Shown one piece after another: positions 37,517 to 45,529 of a stretch of 64,000 bases of DNA; position 1 is the first letter of the stretch; the number at the start of each line of letters is the position of its first letter. Origin of the DNA: Candidatus Eremiobacteria bacterium (lineage in GTDB: Bacteria; Vulcanimicrobiota; Vulcanimicrobiia; Vulcanimicrobiales; Vulcanimicrobiaceae); the NCBI GenBank assembly GCA_025934645.1, contig JAICWY010000003.1, positions 14,670-78,669 of the forward strand, written 5' to 3'. The position numbers and the translations under genes are program-made. The notes beneath the pieces are model-generated. The model was given only the letters and a program-made list of their open reading frames with translations, ran no database searches and had not been told where the DNA came from.

Positions 37517-37594
37517 TTACGCGCAACAGCTCTCAACCAACCCGGTGGGCGGCCAAACAGAGTAGTACGCATAATAGGACGGCGCGAAATGCAT
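37517..37594 (-). CDS. Candidate aromatic-rich leader peptide MHFAPSYYAYYSVWPPTGLVESCCA (25 aa)
   Basis: ATG 37594 lies 7-10 nt after the -10-like region, with no SD. The codons are TTC, TAT TAT GCG TAC TAC, TGG. Stop TAA at 37519-37517, about 20 nt before the terminator stem. Confidence 0.5.
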   Translation of the reverse strand: MHFAPSYYAYYSVWPPTGLVESCCA

Positions 37595-37601
37595 GTTGGC
37601 G

Positions 37602-37633
37602 ATTATCTAACCATGCCGCGGCAGCAAAGTCAA
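37602..37633 (-). promoter_or_regulatory. Sigma-70-like promoter for the aromatic leader/operon
   Basis: -35 TTGACT (37633-37628), then 17 nt, then the AT-rich TTAGATAAT (37610-37602). Confidence 0.4.
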
Positions 37634-37640
37634 TGCCCGC

Positions 37641-37669
37641 TTGCGAAGGCCCGCCCGGTCTGCTATCGT
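37641..37669 (+). promoter_or_regulatory. Sigma-70-like promoter for the proline leader/proC
   Basis: -35 TTGCGA (37641-37646), a 17-nt spacer, -10 TATCGT (37664-37669). The ATG at 37676 begins 7 nt after the -10 box. Confidence 0.4.
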
Positions 37670-37675
37670 AGCGCC

Positions 37676-37759
37676 ATGTTCTGCGCCGCTGCGTTGCGTC
37701 AACTGCCGCCGCCGCCGTACCATCCGGTACGGCGTAGGATTGCATTGTCCGCGACATAG
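37676..37759 (+). CDS. Candidate proline-rich leader peptide MFCAAALRQLPPPPYHPVRRRIALSAT (27 aa)
   Basis: ATG with no SD directly after the -10 box. Four consecutive CCG codons (37706-37717) plus one more Pro. TAG stop at 37757-37759, 25 nt before the terminator stem. Confidence 0.5.
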   Translation: MFCAAALRQLPPPPYHPVRRRIALSAT

Positions 37760-37783
37760 CGCACTGCCGCAGTCGCCGTTTGC

Positions 37784-37814
37784 AAAGCCTCCGCGCCGCG
37801 GGGGCTTTTTTTTT
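37784..37814 (+). terminator. Intrinsic terminator immediately upstream of proC (attenuator candidate)
   Basis: AAAGCCUCCGC / GCGGGGGCUUU stem (one G-U) followed by a U9 run to 37814. The GGAGGAG SD and the proC ATG follow at 37831. No upstream plus-strand gene to terminate. Confidence 0.65.
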
Positions 37815-37830
37815 GGTTTCGGAGGAGAGA

Positions 37831-38652
37831 ATGGACAGTCTGGGCATCATCGGGCTTGGTACGATCGGCAAGGCAATCGCCCAAGGCGCGCACCGCGCGC
37901 TCCCGCAGATGCCGATCTTCGGCACGCGCAGGGGCGAGGAAGCTTTGCCACCGTCCGTGACGCGTTGTGTCTCGAATGCGGCACTGGCATCGCAGTACCG
38001 TACGCTCGTGCTTGCAGTAAAGCCGCAGCAGATCGACGGCGTTTTGCGCGAGATCGCGCCGTTCGTAAACGGCGGGCACACGGTGATCTCAACGTGCGCG
38101 GGCGTACTGCTTCAGCATCTGCGGGAATTGCTGCCGCACGCGGGCACCATCGTGCGTGCGATGCCGAATATCGCGTGCGAATTGAACGCGGGCGTCACCG
38201 GGCTTGCGTTTGAAGCCGCCGCGCCCGAACAGATTCGCGAGCAGGTTCGCCGGTTTTTCGCCCTTCTCGGCGAGGTCGTGACCGTGCAAGAGCAGCATTT
38301 CGATGCCGTCACCGCGATCGGCGGCTGCGGCCCCGCGTATGCGTGCGTGATCATAGAAGCGATTACCGATGCCGGCGTAAAGCAGGGCCTGCCGCGCTCG
38401 GCATCGCGCCTGTTCGCCGCGCAAATGCTGCTGGGTTCGGCCCAGCTCGTCTTGCAGTCGCACGCGCATCCCGCGGAGATACGCGATCGCGTCACCACGC
38501 CCGGGGGATGCACGATCGACGCCCTTACGGCGCTTGAAGACGGAAAGATCCGCGCGGCGTTGATCGCGGCCGTTGCGACCGCGGCCGAGAAAAGCTCCCG
38601 GCTCGCCCGCCATGCGAGCGTACCGGATACCTGCGCGCCGGGAAGACGCTGA
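37831..38652 (+). CDS. proC: Pyrroline-5-carboxylate reductase
   Basis: IGIIGLGTIGKAIAQG Rossmann, LAVKPQQ, RAMPNIA, and VTTPGGCTIDALTALEDG (the ProC C-terminal signature). GGAGGAG SD. Confidence 0.9.
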   Translation: MDSLGIIGLGTIGKAIAQGAHRALPQMPIFGTRRGEEALPPSVTRCVSNAALASQYRTLVLAVKPQQIDGVLREIAPFVNGGHTVISTCAGVLLQHLRELLPHAGTIVRAMPNIACELNAGVTGLAFEAAAPEQIREQVRRFFALLGEVVTVQEQHFDAVTAIGGCGPAYACVIIEAITDAGVKQGLPRSASRLFAAQMLLGSAQLVLQSHAHPAEIRDRVTTPGGCTIDALTALEDGKIRAALIAAVATAAEKSSRLARHASVPDTCAPGRR

Positions 38653-38673
38653 GCCCTCACCGAATCGCCACCC

Positions 38674-40446
38674 ATGCAGCACGTGCGCGCGTATAACCGT
38701 CTGCTTTTCGGCGTTGCCGGACTTGGCGGACTGCTCTTCGGCATCGACGTCGGCATCATCGCCGGAGCGCTACCCTATTTGGAAGCGACGTCGGGGCTGG
38801 ATCCCAGCCACTTGTCGTTTATCGTCGCCGCCGTGCTGCTCGGCAGCGTCATCTCGAGTCTGGTGGCAGGCGCGCTCGCGGATCTCTTCGGGCGAAAAAC
38901 GCTGATGCTGATCAGCGCGCTGATGTTCGTGATAAGCATCCCGCTCATCGCGCTCTCGCACGGTTTCGGACCGCTCGTGTTCGGGCGGTTGCTGCAAGGC
39001 GCAAGCGCCGGTCTGATCGGCGTGGTCGTGCCGCTCTATCTCGCGGAATGTCTCGGCCCCGATACGCGCGGGAGAGGGACCGGTCTTTTCCAGTGGCTGC
39101 TCACGTTCGGCTTCGTTATCGCCGGACTCATCACGCTGTACTTCAGCTATCGCCTCGGCGTCGTGAGCAAACTCGGCAATGCCGCGCAAATTTTCGCTTT
39201 CAAAGATCAGGCGTGGCGCGACACGTTCTGGGTCTCGCTGCCGCCCGGGCTTTTGTTCGTGCTGGGAAGCGCAATCGTGACGGAATCGCCGCGCTGGCTG
39301 CTTCGCCGCGGAAAGAAAGCGGCGGCTCTGGCGGCGCTGCAGCGCTCGCGCGCGGAAGAACAAGCGCAAGCGGAGCTCGCGCAGATGGAAGAAACGATCG
39401 CGGCGGAGCGGGCGAAAACGTCGGCCGGTTCGGCGTTCAAAGAGTCGCTGCTGCGCCGCAAGTACGTCATCCCGTTCATTCTTGCGTGCGTGATCCTGAC
39501 GTGCAATCAACTGACGGGCGTGAACTCGATCATCGGGTACAACACGACGATTCTGCTGCAGGCCGGGCTCTCGGATTATCAAGCGCACATCGGCAGTTTG
39601 CTGTTCAGCATTGTAAACTTCGGCGTGACGATGATCGGCGTGCTGCTCGTCGACCGCAAGGGGCGCAAGTTCTTGCTTTCTCTGGGCAGCGCGGGCATCG
39701 TGCTCTCGCTGCTTGCCACAGGACTTTTGTTCGCGCGCACGCAGGCGCAGCAAGTCGACGTGAAGCGCGCGGTGCAAACGATGGTGCGTCCGGATCAGAC
39801 GCTCTCGCTCAAGTTCGATAGCGCCGCGGCGCAGAAATTGCTCGCATCAGCGGGCGCGAACGCGGGCGGACGCCCGCAGTCGCTGGAGATCATCTACTCC
39901 TACGGCGATTACCGCTCGGTAACGAATCTCGTACGGTCTAATGAAACGGCGTTGCCGGTGACGATATCGCGATCGCTTCCGGCGAACAAAGTCGCGGCAT
40001 TTTTCTCGAATCCGTTCGGGCATCTGGACGCCGCACGCAGTGCGCCGCTCAGGATCGATGCGGCGCGGATCGCGCCCGTACCGAGTCAAACCAACGGCTG
40101 GCTCGTCGCGCTCACACTGTATCTCTTCATGGCATTCTTCGCGGTAGGCCCCGGCGTGTGCGTGTGGCTTGCGCTCTCGGAGTTAATGCCCACGCGCATT
40201 CGTTCCAACGGCATGAGCATCGCGCTGTTCTTGAACACCGGCACCTCGACAGCGATCGCCGGCGTGTTCTTACCGACGGTCGGTAAGTACGGTTACTCGG
40301 CGATGTTCTTCGGATTTGCGGCTTGCACGGTGGTGTATTTCATCACCGCGACGTGGTTCTTACCGGAAACAAAAGGCAAAACCCTCGAGCAGATCGAGGA
40401 GCGTTTCGAGAGTCCCGGCGCGTTAGTGGACGAGTTCGCCGGCTAG
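38674..40446 (+). CDS. MFS sugar-porter family transporter with a roughly 120-aa insertion between TM9 and TM10
   Basis: Sugar-porter signatures GALADLFGRKTLM, LVFGRLLQGASAGL, ESPRWLLRRGK, VDRKGRKFLL and PETKGKTLEQIE. The extra segment spans about aa 355-475. Confidence 0.85.
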   Translation: MQHVRAYNRLLFGVAGLGGLLFGIDVGIIAGALPYLEATSGLDPSHLSFIVAAVLLGSVISSLVAGALADLFGRKTLMLISALMFVISIPLIALSHGFGPLVFGRLLQGASAGLIGVVVPLYLAECLGPDTRGRGTGLFQWLLTFGFVIAGLITLYFSYRLGVVSKLGNAAQIFAFKDQAWRDTFWVSLPPGLLFVLGSAIVTESPRWLLRRGKKAAALAALQRSRAEEQAQAELAQMEETIAAERAKTSAGSAFKESLLRRKYVIPFILACVILTCNQLTGVNSIIGYNTTILLQAGLSDYQAHIGSLLFSIVNFGVTMIGVLLVDRKGRKFLLSLGSAGIVLSLLATGLLFARTQAQQVDVKRAVQTMVRPDQTLSLKFDSAAAQKLLASAGANAGGRPQSLEIIYSYGDYRSVTNLVRSNETALPVTISRSLPANKVAAFFSNPFGHLDAARSAPLRIDAARIAPVPSQTNGWLVALTLYLFMAFFAVGPGVCVWLALSELMPTRIRSNGMSIALFLNTGTSTAIAGVFLPTVGKYGYSAMFFGFAACTVVYFITATWFLPETKGKTLEQIEERFESPGALVDEFAG

Positions 40447-41358
40447 CACGAAACGCACCCCCTCTGCCTGCATCTTCGGATACATCTCGCGGATGGCGGC
40501 GAGCGTCGTCGGTTTCGGATGGCCGATCGCGATGGCGGACCCATTGCGTTTGGCGATTGCAACGGCGCGTTCCAGCATCGATTCCGTGTACGCGACGTTG
40601 GCCTGATTATCCAAGAAGACGTTGCGTGAGGCGGTCGGTACGCCGGCTGCCTGCGCTTGCGCGGCGCCGACGCTCTTGGCGTTCGTGCGTGAATCGACGA
40701 AGAAGAGGTCGTGTTGCTTGATGACCGCGATGACGTCTTTCATGACGCGGTCGTCGGCGCTGGCCTCGCTGCCTTCGTGATTGTTCACGCCTTTCGCGAG
40801 CGGCACTTGCGCCACATCGTCTTCGGTTTGTTTGGTTACCGCATCGTCGCTCATGCCGGTTTTGATCTCACCGGGGCCCGGATAGGCGTGTGAAAGCGGC
40901 TCCATCGGCAGATGCATCATGACGCCTTTGCCGGCATCCGATGCTTCCTGGGCGATCTGCGCCGTGTACGTTACATGGGGAAGCACCGAGAGTGTGATGG
41001 GAATCGGCAGCGCGATCAGTTCGCGCTCCGTATTGAGCCACTGACCGCAATCGTCGATGATCAGCGCGACTTGCACGCCGTTCGGATTCTCGGCCGGCGC
41101 TTGCGTAGCGGCCGGCGAAGGAATGGCCGTCGCTACTGCGGCGGCGGTTGGTGATGGAATGGGCGTGGGCGCTTGCGCAACGGGCGAGGCCGTTGCCTGC
41201 GCTACCGTTACAGGCGTGTGCGAGCGGCGGTGATGCGTGACGTGACGCGCGCCGCGTGGAAAAACCGCCCATGCGACCACGGCGAGCAGTGCGAGAATAA
41301 GCAGTACCGGCACCGGATTGATCCGGCGCCCCCGTTTGCGTTTACGATTGCGGGCCAT
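40423..41358 (-). CDS. Divergent polysaccharide deacetylase family protein (YibQ-like), membrane-anchored
   Basis: Basic N-terminus + TM (MARNRKRKRGRRINPVPVLLILALLAVVAWAVF), PT-rich linker, then VALIIDDCG...VLPH...MHLPMEP...GVNNHEGS...FFVDSRT...AIGHP. Confidence 0.8.
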   Translation of the reverse strand: MARNRKRKRGRRINPVPVLLILALLAVVAWAVFPRGARHVTHHRRSHTPVTVAQATASPVAQAPTPIPSPTAAAVATAIPSPAATQAPAENPNGVQVALIIDDCGQWLNTERELIALPIPITLSVLPHVTYTAQIAQEASDAGKGVMMHLPMEPLSHAYPGPGEIKTGMSDDAVTKQTEDDVAQVPLAKGVNNHEGSEASADDRVMKDVIAVIKQHDLFFVDSRTNAKSVGAAQAQAAGVPTASRNVFLDNQANVAYTESMLERAVAIAKRNGSAIAIGHPKPTTLAAIREMYPKMQAEGVRFVLAGELVH

Positions 41359-41397
41359 CGCCGATGAATTTCGCCCGGCGCGGGTATCTTCGCCTTC

Positions 41398-42324
41398 GTG
41401 CAAGATCTTTACGAAGCCGCGATCGTCGGCGGCGGCGCGGCGGGCTTGAGCGCCGCACTCGTGCTGGGACGCTCGTGCCGCAGCGCGATCGTGTGCGACG
41501 ACGGGCGGCCGCGCAACGCGGTCGCCGATCGCATGCACGGCTTTTTGAGCCGCGACGGCACGCCGCCCGCCGACCTGCTGCGCATCGGCCGCGAGCAATT
41601 GCGTGAGTATCCGGCAGTCGAGTTCGCTCAAACGCGCGTCGATGCGATCGCGGGCGAATGCGGAGCGTTCGTTATCGAAACGTCGGGTGGCGTCTCGTAT
41701 CGCGCAAGGCGGGTGCTCCTGGCGACCGGCGTGTACGACGCGCTGCCGGAGGTGGAGGGCTTACGCGAATTTTGGGGGCGCTGCGCCTTCGTGTGTCCGT
41801 ACTGCGATGGCTGGGAAGTGCGCGACAAACGGATCGCCGTCGTAGGCAAGGGCGCAAAGGCGGTCGAGCTCGCGCAAGAGCTGCGCCAATGGAGCGACTA
41901 TGTGATCGCGTGCATGGAAGGCGACGATGCCCTCAACGCCGAGCATCGAGCGTGGCTCGCGGCCACGGGGACAAAAACGATCATTCCGGCTCTGCGCGGA
42001 CTGCACGGCGGCGACGGGTGTCTACGGTATTTGGAATTCCAAGACGGCAGCACGGAAGCGTGCGACGCGGTGTTTTTCAGCGCTCCGCTTCGGCCGCGCT
42101 ATCCGCTTGTCGATATGCTCGGGTGCCGCGTGCACGATGACGGCAAGATCGAGATCGACGAGCGCGGCCGCACGACCGTTCCGGGCGTCTACGCCGCCGG
42201 TGACGCGGTGACGAGCGTTCACCAAGTGGTACTGGCCGCGTCCAGCGGGGTTTGCGCCGCGATGGCGATCAACGAGGACCGGTTAAAAGAAGAGGTACGC
42301 CAAGTGGTTTCAGGGATATCCTGA
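41398..42324 (+). CDS. NAD(P)/FAD-dependent oxidoreductase, thioredoxin-reductase-like
   Basis: FAD motif YEAAIVGGGAAGLSAALVLGR, redox CxxC FVCPYCDGWE, second Rossmann IAVVGKGAKAVELA, and GVYAAGD. GTG start. Confidence 0.8.
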   Translation: MQDLYEAAIVGGGAAGLSAALVLGRSCRSAIVCDDGRPRNAVADRMHGFLSRDGTPPADLLRIGREQLREYPAVEFAQTRVDAIAGECGAFVIETSGGVSYRARRVLLATGVYDALPEVEGLREFWGRCAFVCPYCDGWEVRDKRIAVVGKGAKAVELAQELRQWSDYVIACMEGDDALNAEHRAWLAATGTKTIIPALRGLHGGDGCLRYLEFQDGSTEACDAVFFSAPLRPRYPLVDMLGCRVHDDGKIEIDERGRTTVPGVYAAGDAVTSVHQVVLAASSGVCAAMAINEDRLKEEVRQVVSGIS

Positions 42325-42326
42325 AG

Positions 42327-42905
42327 ATGGAATTTCGCGTACCGGTGATCTACGGTTCCGTGCGCGTGGAGCGCCGGGGCATCAAAGCCGCGCGCTTTAT
42401 GGTGCACGAGCTCGAGCGGCGCGGCTGCAGACCCGTGCTCAACGATCCCATGGAATACACGCTCCCCTTGCTCGAAAAGCAGTATTCGGACTATCCGCGC
42501 GGCAGCGCGCCGAAGATACTGGAAGAACTGGCCGAAATCTATCGCAATGCCGATGGCTTTTGCATCGTTTCAGGCGAGTACAATCACGGCGTGCCCGCCG
42601 CACTCAAGAATCTGCTCGATTATTTCTTGGAAGAGTATTTTTGGCGTCCGTCGGCTATTGTCTGTTACTCGGGCGGCCGGTTCGGCGGCGTACGCGCCGC
42701 GGTGCACCTACGCGCGGTCCTGTGCGAACTCGGTATGCCGTCCACCCCGTCGCTGCTCGCGATTCCCGCAGTAGGCGACGCGTTCACCGAAGACGGCACG
42801 CCGACGGATCCGCGTTTCATAGAACGAAACGAGCAGTTTTTCAAAGAGTTTTTGTGGTATATGGAAGCGCTCAAAACCCAACGCGAAAAAGGCGTACCGT
42901 ATTAG
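42327..42905 (+). CDS. NADPH-dependent FMN reductase family protein
   Basis: Flavodoxin-like IYGSVR..R.G...A.F.........DGFCIVSGEYNHGVPAALKNLLDY. Confidence 0.75.
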   Translation: MEFRVPVIYGSVRVERRGIKAARFMVHELERRGCRPVLNDPMEYTLPLLEKQYSDYPRGSAPKILEELAEIYRNADGFCIVSGEYNHGVPAALKNLLDYFLEEYFWRPSAIVCYSGGRFGGVRAAVHLRAVLCELGMPSTPSLLAIPAVGDAFTEDGTPTDPRFIERNEQFFKEFLWYMEALKTQREKGVPY

Positions 42906-43297
42906 CGCGGTTGGCAAAGCTCCACTAAAACGCCTTGCGTGCTCTTCGGGTGCAAGAAGGCGATCAAGTTTCCGTGCGCGCCTTGGCGCGGGCGCTCGTC
43001 GATAAGGCGCACTCCGGCGGATTTTAGCCGGGCGAGTTCGCTTTCAAGGTCGGCAACCCGGTACGCCGTGTGATGCAATTTCGTGTCGGCATCGCCCCGG
43101 TATTTCGCAATCGCGGAATGCTCATCGAGCGGACGCAGCAATTCGATAATCGAGTCGCCGGCCTCGAGTCCCACTGCCTCAATGCCTTGGTCTTCAATCG
43201 TTTCGCGGTAAATCTGCTTGAATCCGAGTGTCTGCGTGTACAGACGGATCGTCGCCTCCAAATCTTTGACGACGATGGCTACGTGATCGATCTGCAC
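42902..43297 (-). CDS. mce: Methylmalonyl-CoA epimerase (VOC/glyoxalase fold)
   Basis: IDHVAIVVKDLEATIRLY...LGF.......ED.GIEAV.L..GDS.IELL.PL...S.IAK......KLHH.AYRV.D......LK..GV.LID..PR.GAHG..IAFLHPKST.GVL.EL. Confidence 0.85.
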   Translation of the reverse strand: MQIDHVAIVVKDLEATIRLYTQTLGFKQIYRETIEDQGIEAVGLEAGDSIIELLRPLDEHSAIAKYRGDADTKLHHTAYRVADLESELARLKSAGVRLIDERPRQGAHGNLIAFLHPKSTQGVLVELCQPR

Positions 43298-44874
43298 TAA
43301 GCAACCACCTCGGGCGCGCGATAGACGCCGAAAACGTCGCGCAGCACGTTGCAGACTTCCCCAAGCGTTGCCCCGGCATCGACGGCGTCGATGAAACGCG
43401 GCATGAGGTTCTCGCGTCCCGCTGCAGCTTCGCGTACGGCCTGTAACCGCGATTGCACGAGTCCGGCGTCCCGGCCGCTGCGGAACGCCTGCAGCCGTGT
43501 GGTTTGGTCGTGCTCGACTGCATCGTCGATGCGCTGAAGCGGAATTGTGACGCCGTCGCCCGCCTCTGCGAATTTGTTGACGGCAACGACGACTTGCTCG
43601 CCGCTTTCAATCGCCTGCTGCGCGCGATACGCCGAGTCGGCGATGCGCGATTGCATCCAGCCGCTCTCGATCGCCGCGATGCTGCCGCCGAGCTCGTCGA
43701 CTTCCCGAAGCAGCGCTTGCGCGCGTTCGATGAGGTCGTTCGTCAGCGATTCGACGTAGTAAGATCCGGCCAATGGATCGACGACGTCTGCCACGCCGCT
43801 CTCGTAACCGATGATTTGCTGGGTGCGCAGCGCGATCTTCGCGGCTTCCGCTGTCGGAAGGGCGAGCGCTTCATCCTTGCCGTTCGTGTGCAGCGACTGC
43901 GTGCCGCCGAGCACCGCCGCCAGCGCTTGCAGGGTAACGCGGATGACGTTGTTTTCCGGTTCTTGGGCGGTGAGCGTCGAACCGGCGGTTTGCGTGTGAA
44001 AGCGCAGCATGTGCGATCGCGGATCCTTGCAGCCGAACTCGTCGCGTGTGATGTGCGCCCACAGATAACGGGCCGCGCGGAATTTCGCCACTTCTTCGAA
44101 CAGATCGTTGTGCGCGTTCCAGAAGAAGGAGAGCCGCGGCGCGATCGTGTCGAGATCGATGCCGGCCTGCTGAGCGGCGCGCAGATACGCTTTGCCGTTC
44201 GCAAGCGTGAACGCGATCTCTTCAAGCGCCGTCGATCCCGCTTCACGAATGTGATAACCCGAAATCGAGATCGTATTCCATTGCGGCACTTCCGCGGCGC
44301 AATACGACATGACATCCGTGACGAGCCGCATCGACGGCTCCGGCGGGTAGATGTACGTCCCGCGCGCCACGTATTCTTTGAGAACGTCGTTTTGAATCGT
44401 GCCGCCGAGCTGTGAGAACGGAATGCCGCGCCGGCGCGCGACCGCGAGCAGCATGGAGAGAATGATCGACGCGGGGGCATTGATTGTCATGGAAACGGTT
44501 ACGCGATCGAGCGGAATGCCCTCGAAGAGCGTCTCCATATCGGCAACGCTGTCGATTGCGACCCCGACTTTCCCGACCTCGCCGCGCGCCTGCGGCGCGT
44601 CGGAATCATAGCCCAGTTGCGTAGGCAGATCGAATGCGACGGAAAGCCCGGTCGTGCCGCGCTCGAGCAAATAGCGGTAACGGGCGTTCGACTCGGCGGC
44701 GGTCGCGAAACCGGCGTACTGCCGCATCGTCCACAACCGTCCGCGGTACATGTCCTTGCGTACGCCGCGCGTAAACGGAAACGCGCCGGGCTCGCCCCTC
44801 TCGTGTGCCGTTCCCTCGACGCGATCGTAGGCGGCTTTCAGCGGGATGCCGCTCGCGTTCTCACTCCGTGCCAT
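43297..44874 (-). CDS. Methylmalonyl-CoA (acyl-CoA) mutase, catalytic TIM-barrel chain only
   Basis: [55 protein letters not shown] and [13 protein letters not shown]. There is no C-terminal B12-binding (DxHxxG) domain in this chain. Confidence 0.9.
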   Translation of the reverse strand: MARSENASGIPLKAAYDRVEGTAHERGEPGAFPFTRGVRKDMYRGRLWTMRQYAGFATAAESNARYRYLLERGTTGLSVAFDLPTQLGYDSDAPQARGEVGKVGVAIDSVADMETLFEGIPLDRVTVSMTINAPASIILSMLLAVARRRGIPFSQLGGTIQNDVLKEYVARGTYIYPPEPSMRLVTDVMSYCAAEVPQWNTISISGYHIREAGSTALEEIAFTLANGKAYLRAAQQAGIDLDTIAPRLSFFWNAHNDLFEEVAKFRAARYLWAHITRDEFGCKDPRSHMLRFHTQTAGSTLTAQEPENNVIRVTLQALAAVLGGTQSLHTNGKDEALALPTAEAAKIALRTQQIIGYESGVADVVDPLAGSYYVESLTNDLIERAQALLREVDELGGSIAAIESGWMQSRIADSAYRAQQAIESGEQVVVAVNKFAEAGDGVTIPLQRIDDAVEHDQTTRLQAFRSGRDAGLVQSRLQAVREAAAGRENLMPRFIDAVDAGATLGEVCNVLRDVFGVYRAPEVVA

Positions 44875-44929
44875 CGGATGGGACTATTCTCCGCATGGCG
44901 GCGCGGAGCCCGCGACGAAGGGTCGTGGG

Positions 44930-45529
44930 ATGACCTGGGAAGCCGTAAGCGCGCTGGCCGCAGTGTTCACCGGACTCATTATCGCGGCGACCGTAATCGT
45001 CGGCGTTCGCCAATTGCGCCTCACGCAGGAGACCCTCGAGCACCTGCGCCGTGCGACGCAGCTCGAAGGCGCGATGAAAATTTACGCCGATCTCAACTCC
45101 CCCGAATTTCACGAGTCACAGCTGTTCGTCTTGAACGATCTCGCCCGCTGCATGGAAGACCCGGCGTTCCGCGATGCGGTCAAACTTGCCGGAATGGCCG
45201 ATGCGCAGCAGCATAAGGAACTGATCGTAATGCGCGCGTACGAGCGCGTCGGCGTTTACGTGCGGTATGGGCTTATCGACGGCGCGATCATCTACGATTA
45301 TTCGATTCCGACCATCATCGGAGCGTGGGAAGAACTTGCCGAAGTCGTTGCCATTCACCGGGAGTTTTTAGGCCCAGGGCTGTGGGAGAATTTCCAGTTC
45401 CTTTACGACGACGGAAAAGCATGGCAAACGCGCACGAACCGGACGAAACACCTGCGCAAGTACGTTCCGCATTGGTCGCGCCTGGGGCGTGCGCCTATGG
45501 AAACGCCTGATGAGCCGACGCCAGTGTGA
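44930..45529 (+). CDS. DUF4760-like membrane-anchored protein
   Basis: N-terminal TM (AVSALAAVFTGLIIAATVIVGV) then a helical domain ...VMRAYERVGVYVRYGLIDGAIIYDY..TIIGAWEEL..VVAIHR.....LWENFQFLYD. The family assignment is recalled, not searched. Confidence 0.45.
   Translation: MTWEAVSALAAVFTGLIIAATVIVGVRQLRLTQETLEHLRRATQLEGAMKIYADLNSPEFHESQLFVLNDLARCMEDPAFRDAVKLAGMADAQQHKELIVMRAYERVGVYVRYGLIDGAIIYDYSIPTIIGAWEELAEVVAIHREFLGPGLWENFQFLYDDGKAWQTRTNRTKHLRKYVPHWSRLGRAPMETPDEPTPV

Noticed and set aside
37438-37572. N-terminal extension of the pheA::DAHPS ORF from ATG 37572 (MRTTLFGRPPGW...)
   Set aside because: The extension has no similarity to PDT N-termini. It runs straight through the terminator hairpin and T-run. 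It is out of frame with the aromatic mini-ORF. ATG 37437 has a GGGGAG box and gives the canonical IAAYQG start.
37712-37727. T-box-like sequence (minus strand GGAUGGUACGGCGG) as an alternative explanation for the aromatic-operon leader
   Set aside because: It lies upstream of the minus-strand promoter (inside the plus-strand Pro leader), not adjacent to the terminator. I found no specifier-loop/stem I features. No match to the AGGGUGGNACCGCG core lies next to the 37495-37456 terminator.
37500-37815. Possibility that the spacer encodes a known housekeeping RNA (RNase P RNA, SRP RNA, tmRNA, 6S)
   Set aside because: None of the universally conserved motifs was seen on either strand (for example GAGGAAAGUCCGGGC for RNase P, the SRP domain IV GGAA/AGCAG motifs, or a tmRNA tag ORF with a CCA end). 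The two outward-facing terminators fit leaders better.
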